DNA from: Rodentibacter myodis
GTDB taxonomy: Bacteria > Pseudomonadota > Gammaproteobacteria > Enterobacterales > Pasteurellaceae
Reading direction: 5' to 3'
Assembly: GCF_001999305.1 (NCBI RefSeq)
Contig: NZ_MLHQ01000015.1
Span: 1-24,000 of the forward strand
Length of the DNA stretch: 24,000 nt
Numbering within the stretch: the stretch's first letter is position 1; the number at the start of each line of letters is the position of its first letter. A program made the translations under genes and the position numbers. Positions 1 to 12,766 of this stretch are shown here, in pieces. The notes below the pieces were generated by a model. It saw only the letters and a program-made list of their open reading frames with translations. It made no database searches and was not told the origin of the DNA.

Positions 1-359
<359 letters not shown>

Positions 360-388
360 TTGATTTGATGAATTGAAATCAAAGTAAG

Positions 389-421
389 AAGGCAGATCGA
401 AAGATCTGCCTTTTGTTTTTT
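389..421 (+). terminator. Rho-independent terminator after tuf
   Basis: Perfect stem aaggcagatc (389-398) / gatctgcctt (403-412) with loop gaaa, followed by a T-rich run ttgtttttt. Confidence 0.85.
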
Positions 422-457
422 AATAAACAATGATCATTTGAGCTTTCTTTATCAAAG

Positions 458-466
458 AAGTGCGGT
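458..466 (+). repeat. Uptake signal sequence (USS) core
   Basis: Perfect AAGTGCGGT followed by the AT-rich tail cattttc. Confidence 0.9.
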
Positions 467-519
467 CATTTTCTTTTTTATTTTTGATATGATACAGAAA
501 AATTTTGGAGGATTATTCT

Positions 520-1338
520 ATGCGAAAACAACCTTTCCGTGCTGTTGTTTCTGATCTTGATGGTACCTTGTTGAATGCTAATCACGTTGTAGGTGATTTT
601 ACTATTGATATTTTAAATCGTTTGGAGCAACAAGGCGTTGATCTCATTCTTGCGACAGGGCGAAATCATACGGATGTTTCTTCTATTTTAGGAAAAATTG
701 GTGCTGAACGTGCGGTAATGATTACCTCAAATGGTGCAAGAGTAAGAGATTTAGAGGGCAATCTTATTTATAGCAATAGTTTACCGGAAGATATTGTATT
801 GGCACTTTATAAAACACCTTTTGATAACAGTCGTATTTGTTTAAATGCTTATCAAGATGAAGGTTGGTTTATTAATACGGATGTACCGGAACTCAAAGCA
901 TATCATCAAGATTCTCATTTTATGTATGAAGTGGTTAATTTCTCCCAACACCACGCACGAGCTGTTGAAAAAATTTTCTTTATCGGAAAAACACCCGAAG
1001 ATTTAGTTGAGGTTGAGCATTATTTACGCGAGCATTTTGGTGATGTAGTAAACATTGTTTATTCCGGATTAAGTTGCTTAGAAGTGATGAATAAAAATGT
1101 TTCTAAGGGTGAAGCATTAAAGTATGTACTGGCACAGAGGGACTACAATCTAGAAGATTGTATCGCCTTTGGTGATGGAATGAATGATGTGGAGATGCTA
1201 AAAAGTGTAGGGAAAGGGTGCATTATGGGAAATGCCGATATTCGTCTAAAACAGGCTTGCCCTTCACTTGAGCAAATCGGTTTAAATAAAGATGAAGCGG
1301 TGGCGCAATATCTTAAAAATATGTTTGAAATAAAATAA
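520..1338 (+). CDS. Cof-type HAD-IIB family sugar phosphatase
   Basis: HAD motif I is DLDGTLL near the N-terminus and motif IV is GDGMNDVEML. Length and cap region are typical of the Cof/YidA/YbiV group. ATG at 520 is preceded by GGAGG (507-511). The track start at 505 is a TTG. Confidence 0.9.
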   Translation: MRKQPFRAVVSDLDGTLLNANHVVGDFTIDILNRLEQQGVDLILATGRNHTDVSSILGKIGAERAVMITSNGARVRDLEGNLIYSNSLPEDIVLALYKTPFDNSRICLNAYQDEGWFINTDVPELKAYHQDSHFMYEVVNFSQHHARAVEKIFFIGKTPEDLVEVEHYLREHFGDVVNIVYSGLSCLEVMNKNVSKGEALKYVLAQRDYNLEDCIAFGDGMNDVEMLKSVGKGCIMGNADIRLKQACPSLEQIGLNKDEAVAQYLKNMFEIK

Positions 1339-1742
1339 TGTGGCAATCATTGTTATCTGTAAGTTGTGGGGCAGCACTGGGCGCCTTGTCGAGATGGGGA
1401 TTAGGTTTATGGCTTAATTCTCTTTTTTCTTATTTGGCTTTTGGCACATTACTGGCTAATTTAGTTGGCTGTTTTTTGATGGGAATAATGATTGCCATAT
1501 TTTGGCAATATCCTCAAATGAATACGCTATGGAAGTTATTTATTGTCACCGGATTTTTGAGCGCATTTACTACCTTTTCCTCTTTTTCTGCCGAAGTGAT
1601 TGAATATTTTATGTCGGATAAATGGCTAAAGGGTATTTTGATTATTTTTTCCCATTTGTTTGGTGGTTTGCTTTGTACAACCTTGGGGATTTTTATAGGA
1701 CGAATATTAGTTAAAAATCTTCTTCAGGAGCAGAACCGATAA
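1338..1742 (+). CDS. crcB: Fluoride ion channel CrcB/FluC
   Basis: A 134-aa protein with four hydrophobic helices, the CrcB-type motif FTTFSSFS and N-terminal GAxLGALxR. Its ATG overlaps the upstream stop (TAATG), which suggests translational coupling. Confidence 0.9.
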   Translation: MWQSLLSVSCGAALGALSRWGLGLWLNSLFSYLAFGTLLANLVGCFLMGIMIAIFWQYPQMNTLWKLFIVTGFLSAFTTFSSFSAEVIEYFMSDKWLKGILIIFSHLFGGLLCTTLGIFIGRILVKNLLQEQNR

Positions 1743-2169
1743 AGTCAGAGAATTCCTCGCTGTAAAAGCCGTGGGAAAGCATATATTGCCAAATTTTTTG
1801 CTTATTTTTGGGCATTTGCTTTTCGGCATAGTTGGGGAATTTTTTTCTTAATGTCGCAAAAGCAAGGGATGACCAATCAATATCAGATTCATAAAAAGCC
1901 TCTTCAACCACATCATTGGTTACTCCTTTTAGCTGACGAAGCTCTTGTTTAATTCTATTTACCCCATATCCTCGCTGAGATCGTGCATTGATATAATTCT
2001 CGGCAAAACGTTTATCATTTTGCCAATTTTTTTGTTGGCAATATGTCAATACGTACTCAATTTCTTCCTCAGAAAATGCTTTTTCCTGCATTTTATTTCG
2101 GAGTTCAAATTCACTGTATTCTCTGCGGGCAAGTAACTTGACCACATAGCCTAAAACAAGTGAAGACAT
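1711..2169 (-). CDS. recX: RecA regulator RecX
   Basis: A 152-aa protein directly downstream of recA on the same strand. It shows the helical-repeat RecX pattern (LLARREYSEFELRNKM..., NDKRFAENYINARSQRGYG..RIKQEL). A GGGGA Shine-Dalgarno lies upstream of the ATG. Confidence 0.9.
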   Translation of the reverse strand: MSSLVLGYVVKLLARREYSEFELRNKMQEKAFSEEEIEYVLTYCQQKNWQNDKRFAENYINARSQRGYGVNRIKQELRQLKGVTNDVVEEAFYESDIDWSSLAFATLRKKFPNYAEKQMPKNKQKIWQYMLSHGFYSEEFSDFIGSAPEEDF

Positions 2170-2183
2170 TGTTTTTCCCCATA

Positions 2184-2226
2184 AAAAGTGCGGTTAAAAT
2201 TTGAAGAAAAATTTAACCGCACTTGA
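2184..2226 (-). terminator. Inverted USS pair forming a hairpin between recA and recX (probable partial terminator/attenuator)
   Basis: AAGTGCGGTTAAA (2186-2198) pairs with TTTAACCGCACTT (2212-2224), giving a 13-bp stem. On the minus strand the hairpin is followed by TTTTAT. Confidence 0.6.
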
Positions 2227-2234
2227 TTATTAAT

Positions 2235-3290
2235 TTATTCGTCTTCTGAAGATTCTTCTTCGACTTGTTCAATATCTGCCATTAATGATTGCTCAGGATT
2301 AGCAACCAACTCGGCACGAAGTCTGGTTTCTAATTCTGCCGCTTTCTCGGTATGTTCATTTAACCATTTCATTGCATTGGCTTTACCTTGACCAATTTTT
2401 TCACCATTGTAAGCATACCAAGCACCCGATTTATCCACAAGTTTATGTTTTACACCCAATTCAATTAACTCGCCTGCTTTGGAAATACCTTCACCATAAA
2501 GGATTTGGAAATCTACCTGACGGAATGGAGCAGCAAGTTTATTTTTTACGACTTTTACTTTTGTTTCATTACCAATGATTTCCTCGCCATCTTTTACAGA
2601 GCCCGTACGGCGAATATCTAAACGCACAGAAGAGTAAAATTTGAGCGCGTTACCACCGGTTGTGGTTTCCGGATTGCCAAACATTACACCGATTTTCATA
2701 CGAATTTGGTTGATGAAAATCACCAAACAATTCGCACTTTTAATTTGACCGGTTAATTTACGCAATGCTTGAGACATTAAACGTGCTTGTAACCCCATAT
2801 GCGAATCACCCATATCGCCTTCAATTTCCGCTTTTGGCGTAAGGGCTGCAACGGAGTCCACAATCACCACATCGACAGCACCAGAGCGAACAAGTGCATC
2901 ACAAATTTCAAGCGCTTGTTCACCGTTATCCGGTTGAGAAACTAATAATTCTTTTACATCTACGCCAAGTTTTGCGGCATAAATAGGATCAAGTGCGTGT
3001 TCGGCATCAATAAATGCACAGGTTTTGCCTGCTTTTTGGGCTTGCGCGATAACAGATAAAGTGAGTGTGGTTTTACCGGAAGACTCGGGCCCAAAGATCT
3101 CAACGATACGTCCCATTGGCAAACCGCCGATCCCTAATGCCACATCAAGTCCGATTGAGCCGGTTGAGATCGATTCAACATCAAGTGCTTTGGTATCCCC
3201 TAATTTCATAATAGAGCCTTTACCAAATTGTTTTTCGATTTGTCCTAATGCTGCGGCAAGCGCTTTTTGTTTTTCTTCTTGAGTAGCCAT
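2235..3290 (-). CDS. recA: Recombinase RecA
   Basis: A 351-aa protein with Walker [10 protein letters not shown] and a near-canonical RecA sequence throughout (IMKLGD..., [18 protein letters not shown]). Confidence 0.99.
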   Translation of the reverse strand: MATQEEKQKALAAALGQIEKQFGKGSIMKLGDTKALDVESISTGSIGLDVALGIGGLPMGRIVEIFGPESSGKTTLTLSVIAQAQKAGKTCAFIDAEHALDPIYAAKLGVDVKELLVSQPDNGEQALEICDALVRSGAVDVVIVDSVAALTPKAEIEGDMGDSHMGLQARLMSQALRKLTGQIKSANCLVIFINQIRMKIGVMFGNPETTTGGNALKFYSSVRLDIRRTGSVKDGEEIIGNETKVKVVKNKLAAPFRQVDFQILYGEGISKAGELIELGVKHKLVDKSGAWYAYNGEKIGQGKANAMKWLNEHTEKAAELETRLRAELVANPEQSLMADIEQVEEESSEDE

Positions 3291-3323
3291 TTTTTAACCT
3301 TTTATGTTATCAAATTTGTGTAG

Positions 3324-3352
3324 ATTGTATCTGTATTGATATACAGTATCAA
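3324..3352 (-). promoter_or_regulatory. Putative sigma70 promoter of recA
   Basis: On the minus strand, -35 TTGATA (3352-3347), a 17-bp spacer and -10 TACAAT (3329-3324). The SOS box fills the spacer, the same layout as the E. coli recA promoter. Confidence 0.6.
3329..3348 (-). promoter_or_regulatory. LexA (SOS) box in the recA promoter
   Basis: The minus strand reads TACTGTATATCAATACAGAT, which contains CTGT-N8-ACAG as in the gammaproteobacterial consensus TACTGTATATATATACAGTA. Confidence 0.8.
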
Positions 3353-3491
3353 GTGAATTTTTGATCTTTATGATAAAAATGTGAGTCAGCTCGTAGAATC
3401 AGGAAGAAAATGCTAAAAATTAGGGACGTTATCCCTTTCTGGTCAGAATAAAGCAAACGGTATATTCTCGATTCTAATAGTTTTTCGTGAT

Positions 3492-4493
3492 TTAACAGGA
3501 TTTTCCTATCATTAAAGGACAAGCCAGTTTATGACAATCTACATTTTTATGTCCTTCAATTAAATGTAAGGCAGCCTGTTCTCCCATTGCGTAATGAGGT
3601 AATTCTACGGTTGTGAGCGGCGGTATAAATAAATGAGCGATCCCTATCGTATTATCATATCCCGTTACTGCAATATCTTCAGGAATACGGTAGCCGTGGC
3701 TTAATAGTAATTGGTATGCTACAAAAGCGATTCGGTCGTTTCCACAAACAATCACATCATAATCGAGCTTTTTTGGTTGTTGTAGCATTTCGAGTAGTGG
3801 TTTGGCACCTTCAAAATAATCTTCCCCGTCTTCTTGCATAAAGTAGTTATCGATTTTTACACTCTCTTTTGGCGCTTGAGAAAAAAACGCTTTTTCAAAG
3901 CCTTCTTTTCGTGCTTTTGTAGCAATGTAATTATGTGGAATATGCAGAAATAATGGTTTTTTATAACCCTTTTCAGCCAATAATTTTCCAATTTCATATT
4001 GTCCTTGAAAATCATCGGGAATATAGCTTGCCACCGGTAAATCATTGGTCACACAATTTGCCAAAGCAATGGGAAACTGGCGTAATTTTTCAGGAATTTT
4101 CACCCTCTTTAACCCATTACGGGCAATAATAATCGCATTCGGGCGATGAGATACAAGCTGTTCAACCGCTTGCTCCATTTCTATTTCATCGTTTTCAAAA
4201 GCATTAATAACATAAGAATGCCAACCAAATTTGCGAACCGTCCTTTCTATACCTAATAAAATCTCAACAGAAAAAGGTGTTGTTGCCGTACCAAGAGACA
4301 ACACGCCAATCGTTTTTCCCGCTACACCGCGAATATTTTGTGCGGCAAAATTTGGTACATAACCGAGTTGATCAATGGCTTGTTTTACTGTTTGATAGGT
4401 TTTTTCGGATAATTTGTTGGGATTATTAATTGCTCGCGATACCGTCATCATTGAGACACCGGCTAAGTCCGCAACATCTTTAAGTGATACCAT
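3492..4493 (-). CDS. LacI/GalR-family transcriptional repressor (probable regulator of the adjacent lacYZ genes)
   Basis: N-terminal HTH LKDVADLAGVSMMTVSRAINNP, a periplasmic-binding-protein-like core and the YDN..G motif (VTGYDNTIG). AGGAGG lies upstream of the ATG. The gene is divergent from lacY. Confidence 0.9.
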   Translation of the reverse strand: MVSLKDVADLAGVSMMTVSRAINNPNKLSEKTYQTVKQAIDQLGYVPNFAAQNIRGVAGKTIGVLSLGTATTPFSVEILLGIERTVRKFGWHSYVINAFENDEIEMEQAVEQLVSHRPNAIIIARNGLKRVKIPEKLRQFPIALANCVTNDLPVASYIPDDFQGQYEIGKLLAEKGYKKPLFLHIPHNYIATKARKEGFEKAFFSQAPKESVKIDNYFMQEDGEDYFEGAKPLLEMLQQPKKLDYDVIVCGNDRIAFVAYQLLLSHGYRIPEDIAVTGYDNTIGIAHLFIPPLTTVELPHYAMGEQAALHLIEGHKNVDCHKLACPLMIGKSC

Positions 4494-4579
4494 AAACCTT
4501 TCCCTCCTTTTTTATTTCTAGAAAGTTTTTTGATTTATTATCCATTTATTTAATTTAGATCATACGCTGTTTTTACTGA

Positions 4580-4597
4580 ATTATTAGCGTTAACTGC
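4580..4597. promoter_or_regulatory. Weak LacI-type operator-like site (mostly a half-site)
   Basis: attattagCGttaactgc matches the right half GTTAAC of the two better sites, but its own two-fold symmetry is poor. Confidence 0.3.
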
Positions 4598-4626
4598 AAA
4601 ATCGTTCTCTATTTTTATTAACTTTA

Positions 4627-4644
4627 AATGTTAACGTTAAAATC
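4627..4644. promoter_or_regulatory. LacI-family operator candidate (distal)
   Basis: aatgttaaCGttaaaatc has a core TTAACGTTAA that is a perfect palindrome with the central CG typical of LacI/GalR operators. Confidence 0.6.
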
Positions 4645-4660
4645 TGTGATTAACATCACA
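4645..4660. promoter_or_regulatory. CRP (cAMP receptor protein) binding site
   Basis: TGTGAttaacaTCACA is a perfect TGTGA-N6-TCACA core. Confidence 0.75.
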
Positions 4661-4677
4661 AATTAGCCAAATTTAAT

Positions 4678-4705
4678 TTGTTAAAATAAATGTTATCGTT
4701 AACAT
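4678..4705 (+). promoter_or_regulatory. Putative lacYZ promoter
   Basis: -35 TTGTTA (4678-4683), a 16-bp spacer and -10 TAACAT (4700-4705). The CRP site centre (about 4652.5) would then lie near -60, a class I-like position. The hexamers are weak. Confidence 0.35.
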
Positions 4706-4706
4706 T
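4689..4706. promoter_or_regulatory. LacI-family operator candidate (promoter-proximal)
   Basis: AATGTTAtCGtTAACATT is an 18-bp palindrome (16/18 symmetric) with a central CG, about 37 bp upstream of the lacY ATG. It overlaps the putative -10. Confidence 0.7.
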
Positions 4707-4734
4707 AAGAGGGAATACTTTTAGGGAGTAAAAA

Positions 4735-9062
<4,328 letters not shown>

Positions 9063-9075
9063 CTAAATTGAGCAA

Positions 9076-9112
9076 ACGAAAAGTGCGGTTAAATTTGACT
9101 GCATTTTTTCGT
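9076..9112. terminator. Imperfect hairpin containing a USS (9081-9089) between convergent lacZ and recQ; possible bidirectional terminator
   Basis: acgaaaagtgc (9076-9086) pairs with gcattttttcgt (9101-9112) with one G-T wobble and one bulged T, around a 14-nt loop. The T/A-rich arms give U-tracts in both orientations. Confidence 0.45.
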
Positions 9113-10962
9113 TATCCCCTTTTCGCTTTTTCCAAAATCGCCTTGTGTTCTTCAATTAAGCTCATAAAAGGTTGGGCGAAGCGTTCGAGTTTTATTGAGC
9201 CAACACCGTTAATTTGTAGCATTTCAATGTTGGAACTTGGCATATATTGCGCCATTTCTTGTAAGGTGGCATCGTTGAATACAATGTAAGGGGGAATGTT
9301 TTCTTTGTCGGCAATTTGTTTGCGTAAGAAACGTAAACGGGCAAAAAGATCTTTATCATAGCTTGTCAAAGTGCTGCGTTGTGGATTATGGGCGATTTTG
9401 CTGATTGCGGAAATACGTGGCATTGCAAGCTCGAGTGTCACTTCACCTTTTAACACGGGTTTTGCACTTTCGGTCAGTTGTAGCGTTGCGTTGAAATCAC
9501 CGATCACTTGTTGCACAAATCCGAGGTGAATAAGCTGGCGAATCACCGATTGCCAATGTTCTTTGCTTTTCTCTTTGCCAATGCCATATACGCTGAGTTT
9601 GTCGTGTTGGCGTTCAATAATTTTTTGATTTTGCATTCCACGTAGCACGGCAATCACATATTGCACGCCAAAACATTGCCCGACACGATAAATGGTGGAC
9701 ATCACTTTTTGTGCATCCACTAAACCGTCATATTTTTTTGGCGGATCAAGGCAAATATCACAGTTATTGCAAGGTGTTTGGCGATGTTCGCCGAAATAAT
9801 TCAGCAAAACCAAACGGCGGCAGGTTTGACTTTCGGCAAATTCACCAATTGCTTCCAATTTATGTTGTTCAATTTGGCGTTGTGGGCTTTCCGGTTTTTC
9901 CAATAAAATTTTTTGTAACCAAGCGTAATCTGCCGGATCATAAAATAATACGGCTTCAGCAGGTAAATCATCACGGCCGGCACGACCGGTTTCTTGATAG
10001 TAGGATTCAATGCTACGGGGCAAATCGAAATGCGCCACAAAACGTACGTTAGATTTATTGATCCCCATTCCAAAAGCAATGGTTGCGACAACAATTTGTA
10101 CGTTATCACGCTGAAAATCCTGTTGCACCCGCTCACGTTGGGCGGTTTCCATTCCGGCGTGATAAGCGGCGGCGGAGATGCCTTTGTTACGCAAACTTTC
10201 CGCAATGCGTTCCACTTTGTTACGGCTGTTGCAATAAATAATGCCGCTTTTTCCTTTTTGTGCCAGTGCAAACCGAGTAAGTTGTTCCATCGGTTTGAAT
10301 TTTTCTTCTAGGGTGTAGCGAATGTTAGGGCGGTCAAAGCTCCCGATATATTGATATAGATTTTGCAGTTTAAGATGAGTGAGAATATCTTGTCGCGTGG
10401 CATAATCAGCGGTTGCCGTCAGTGCCATAATCGGAGCATTCGGAAAACTGGCTTTTAAGCCGCCAAGTTGGGTATATTCGGGGCGAAAATCGTGTCCCCA
10501 TTGGGAAATACAATGGGCTTCATCAATGGCGATAAAACTGACTTGACGATAGGAAATGAGTTGAAAAAAACTGTTGGTCATCACCTTTTCCGGTGACACA
10601 TAAAGCAGTTTGAGCTGTCCGCCAATCAGTTTATTTTGTACCTGTTGTTGTTGCTCCGGCGTTTGGCTGGAATTGAGAAAATCCGCTTCAATACCATTGG
10701 CTTGTAATTGATCCACCTGATCTTTCATCAAGGAAATTAATGGCGAAATCACCAATGTTAATCCCTCAAAGCAGAGGGCAGGAATTTGATAGCAAAGTGA
10801 TTTACCGTTTCCTGTTGCCATCACCACCAACGTATCCTTCCCCTTCAGTGCAGCGTTGATCACTTCTTCCTGCCCTTTGCGGAAAGATTGATAGCCGAAA
10901 ACTGAATTTAATACGGAAAGTGCGGTGGATTTTTCCGTTGTTTTTGGGGAAGGCGTGGTCAT
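9112..10962 (-). CDS. recQ: ATP-dependent DNA helicase RecQ
   Basis: FGYQSFRKGQEEVI, Walker A ATGNGKSLCYQIPA, DEAH box IAIDEAHCISQWGHDFRPEY, the zinc-binding cluster CRR...CNNCDIC and a C-terminal HRDC region (IVFNDATLQEMA). The start is placed at ATG 10962, one nt after the cyaY stop. The track start at 10995 is a GTG inside cyaY. Confidence 0.93.
   Translation of the reverse strand: MTTPSPKTTEKSTALSVLNSVFGYQSFRKGQEEVINAALKGKDTLVVMATGNGKSLCYQIPALCFEGLTLVISPLISLMKDQVDQLQANGIEADFLNSSQTPEQQQQVQNKLIGGQLKLLYVSPEKVMTNSFFQLISYRQVSFIAIDEAHCISQWGHDFRPEYTQLGGLKASFPNAPIMALTATADYATRQDILTHLKLQNLYQYIGSFDRPNIRYTLEEKFKPMEQLTRFALAQKGKSGIIYCNSRNKVERIAESLRNKGISAAAYHAGMETAQRERVQQDFQRDNVQIVVATIAFGMGINKSNVRFVAHFDLPRSIESYYQETGRAGRDDLPAEAVLFYDPADYAWLQKILLEKPESPQRQIEQHKLEAIGEFAESQTCRRLVLLNYFGEHRQTPCNNCDICLDPPKKYDGLVDAQKVMSTIYRVGQCFGVQYVIAVLRGMQNQKIIERQHDKLSVYGIGKEKSKEHWQSVIRQLIHLGFVQQVIGDFNATLQLTESAKPVLKGEVTLELAMPRISAISKIAHNPQRSTLTSYDKDLFARLRFLRKQIADKENIPPYIVFNDATLQEMAQYMPSSNIEMLQINGVGSIKLERFAQPFMSLIEEHKAILEKAKRG
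10918..10926 (+). repeat. USS core
   Basis: Perfect AAGTGCGGT, inside recQ. Confidence 0.9.
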
Positions 10963-10963
10963 C

Positions 10964-11269
10964 TTAGAACTGAACGTTTTCGCCGTGTGCAGCACAGGTT
11001 TCGGTTAAGCTATCCCAAAAACGTTTACCATCATTGGAAATCCATTCCCCGTTTTTGAAGGCAAAGTGAAAGCCACCTAATTTGCCTGCCAACCAAAGTT
11101 CAAGCAAGGGTTCTTGTTTATTGATCACAATTTGTGAACGATTGTCGAAAGTGATGGTGAATACCGAACCTTGGATTTCGCAATCCGCATCCGCACCTTG
11201 TGCGTCTAATTCTTCCTCAATTTTTTGCCAAACTTGTTCGATATTTTGGTGAAATTCTGCAACATTCAT
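10964..11269 (-). CDS. cyaY: Iron-sulfur cluster assembly protein CyaY (frataxin homologue)
   Basis: MNVAEFHQNIEQVWQKIEEELD...DCEIQGSVFTITF...IINKQEPLLELWLA...GGFHF is collinear with E. coli CyaY. The ATG is at 11269; the track's first codon at 11272 is a GTG. Confidence 0.9.
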   Translation of the reverse strand: MNVAEFHQNIEQVWQKIEEELDAQGADADCEIQGSVFTITFDNRSQIVINKQEPLLELWLAGKLGGFHFAFKNGEWISNDGKRFWDSLTETCAAHGENVQF

Positions 11270-11365
11270 CACGTTTTTCCCTGTAAATCTGATAGAATGC
11301 GGCAGATTATAAAGCCTTTCACGCCCTAGTGAAAGGCAGTTTTAACAATGAAAGAGATTGAAAAA

Positions 11366-11482
11366 ATGAAAAAATTACTTTCTATTTTAGTATTAAGTGC
11401 GATTTGTGCTTTGGCGAGCGGTTGCGGTGTAAAAGGGCCGTTATATTTTCCTGAAAAAGAAAAAACGCAAGAAACGCAATAA
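11366..11482 (+). CDS. lptM: Small lipoprotein, LptM/YifL-like (38 aa; below the ORF-track size cutoff)
   Basis: Translation is MKKLLSILVLSAICALASGCGVKGPLYFPEKEKTQETQ. It has a signal peptide with lipobox LASGC and the G-C-G-x-K-G-P-L-Y-x-P motif characteristic of YifL/LptM. Its position next to cyaY matches E. coli (cyaY-yifL). An in-frame alternative ATG lies at 11348. Confidence 0.7.
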   Translation: MKKLLSILVLSAICALASGCGVKGPLYFPEKEKTQETQ

Positions 11483-11496
11483 ATAAAGGATACACA

Positions 11497-12744
11497 ATGA
11501 ATTTCTTTCAATATCAAAACGACAAACTTTATGCCGAGCAACTGCCGGTGCAACAGCTTGCCGAGCAATTCGGCACCCCGCTTTATATTTATTCCCGTGC
11601 AACATTAGAACGCCATTGGCACGCTTTTGATTCGGCATTGGGAAATCATCCTCATTTAATTTGTTTTGCCGTGAAATCCTGCTCCAATATTGGGGTGTTG
11701 AGTGTGATGGCAAAATTGGGTTCGGGTTTTGATATTGTATCGCAAGGCGAATTGGAACGTGTGCTTGTGGCAGGCGGCGAGGCTTCAAAAGTCGTATTTT
11801 CCGGTGTGGCGAAATCTCGTGAGGAAATTATGCGCGCTTTGGAAGTAGGGATTCGTTGTTTTAATGTGGAATCCATTTCCGAACTCAAACACATCAACCA
11901 GATTGCCGCAGAAATGGGCAAAATTGCGCCTATTTCTCTGCGGGTGAATCCGGATGTGGATGCCCATACGCACCCCTATATTTCCACCGGCTTGAAAGAA
12001 AATAAATTTGGCATTAGCGTGGAAGAAGCCCGTGATGTTTATAAACTTGCAGCAGGTTTAGCAAATGTGAAAATCACCGGAATGGATTGCCACATTGGTT
12101 CACAACTCACAGAATTACAGCCTTTCCTTGATGCGGCGGATCGTTTAATTGTGCTAATGGAACAGCTTAAACAAGACGGTATTGTGTTGGAACATTTAGA
12201 TTTAGGCGGTGGCTTGGGGGTGACTTATACGGACGAAAATCCGCCACATCCAAGTGAATATGCCAAAGCCTTGCTGGAAAAATTAAAAGATTATAGTGAT
12301 CTCGAAATTATTCTTGAACCGGGACGGGCAATTTCTGCCAATGCAGGAATTTTGGTGGCGAAAGTGCAATATCTGAAAAGTAATGAAAGCCGCAATTTTG
12401 CCATTACCGATACAGGAATGAACGATATGATTCGTCCGGCATTATACGGAGCCTATATGAATATCATTGAAATTGACCGCACTTTAGGGCGTGAAAAAGC
12501 GATTTATGATGTCGTTGGGCCGGTATGCGAAACCTCCGATTTCTTGGGCAAACAACGTGAATTGGCGATTGCCGAAGGGGATTATATTGCACAATGTTCT
12601 GCCGGTGCGTATGGGGCTAGTATGTCCTCGAATTACAACTCCCGCCCACGCACGGCAGAAGTGTTGGTGGACGGCGATAAAGCCCATTTAATTCGCCGCC
12701 GTGAAAGTTTACAGGATCTTTGGGCGTTGGAGTCGGTTGTTTAG
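11497..12744 (+). CDS. lysA: Diaminopimelate decarboxylase
   Basis: A 415-aa protein with the PLP-lysine context CFAVKSCSN, plus HIGSQ, EPGRAI and CESGD-like VCETSDFL motifs of group IV decarboxylases. An AAGGA Shine-Dalgarno is present. Confidence 0.96.
   Translation: MNFFQYQNDKLYAEQLPVQQLAEQFGTPLYIYSRATLERHWHAFDSALGNHPHLICFAVKSCSNIGVLSVMAKLGSGFDIVSQGELERVLVAGGEASKVVFSGVAKSREEIMRALEVGIRCFNVESISELKHINQIAAEMGKIAPISLRVNPDVDAHTHPYISTGLKENKFGISVEEARDVYKLAAGLANVKITGMDCHIGSQLTELQPFLDAADRLIVLMEQLKQDGIVLEHLDLGGGLGVTYTDENPPHPSEYAKALLEKLKDYSDLEIILEPGRAISANAGILVAKVQYLKSNESRNFAITDTGMNDMIRPALYGAYMNIIEIDRTLGREKAIYDVVGPVCETSDFLGKQRELAIAEGDYIAQCSAGAYGASMSSNYNSRPRTAEVLVDGDKAHLIRRRESLQDLWALESVV
12476..12484 (-). 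repeat. USS core
   Basis: Perfect ACCGCACTT, inside lysA. Confidence 0.9.
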
Positions 12745-12766
12745 GTTTATCCGAACGGGAAAACGC

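Noticed and set aside
505-519. A TTG-initiated N-terminal extension (MEDYS) of the HAD phosphatase.
   Set aside because: ATG at 520 is preceded by GGAGG at 507-511 with correct spacing. The extension would place the Shine-Dalgarno inside the coding sequence.
430-519. A possible fluoride (crcB-motif) riboswitch upstream of the HAD-crcB pair.
   Set aside because: I could not find the conserved crcB-motif elements as I remember them. The region is an AT-rich spacer with a USS.
3421-3437. A possible terminator for the LacI-family gene (aggga / tccct stem).
   Set aside because: The stem is only 5 bp and the U-tract is weak, which is insufficient.
10963-10995. An extended recQ start (MLHTAKTFSSK...) overlapping cyaY.
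   Set aside because: The codon at 10995 is GTG and the extension overlaps the cyaY 3' end. ATG at 10962 gives a RecQ N-terminus of normal length. I cannot exclude the longer form without alignment.
11314-11337. A 9-bp perfect hairpin (gcctttcac / gtgaaaggc) in the cyaY/lptM divergent region.
   Set aside because: It has no adequate T-run for a terminator and I recognise no riboswitch or leader-peptide context. I note it only as a possible 5'-UTR stem.
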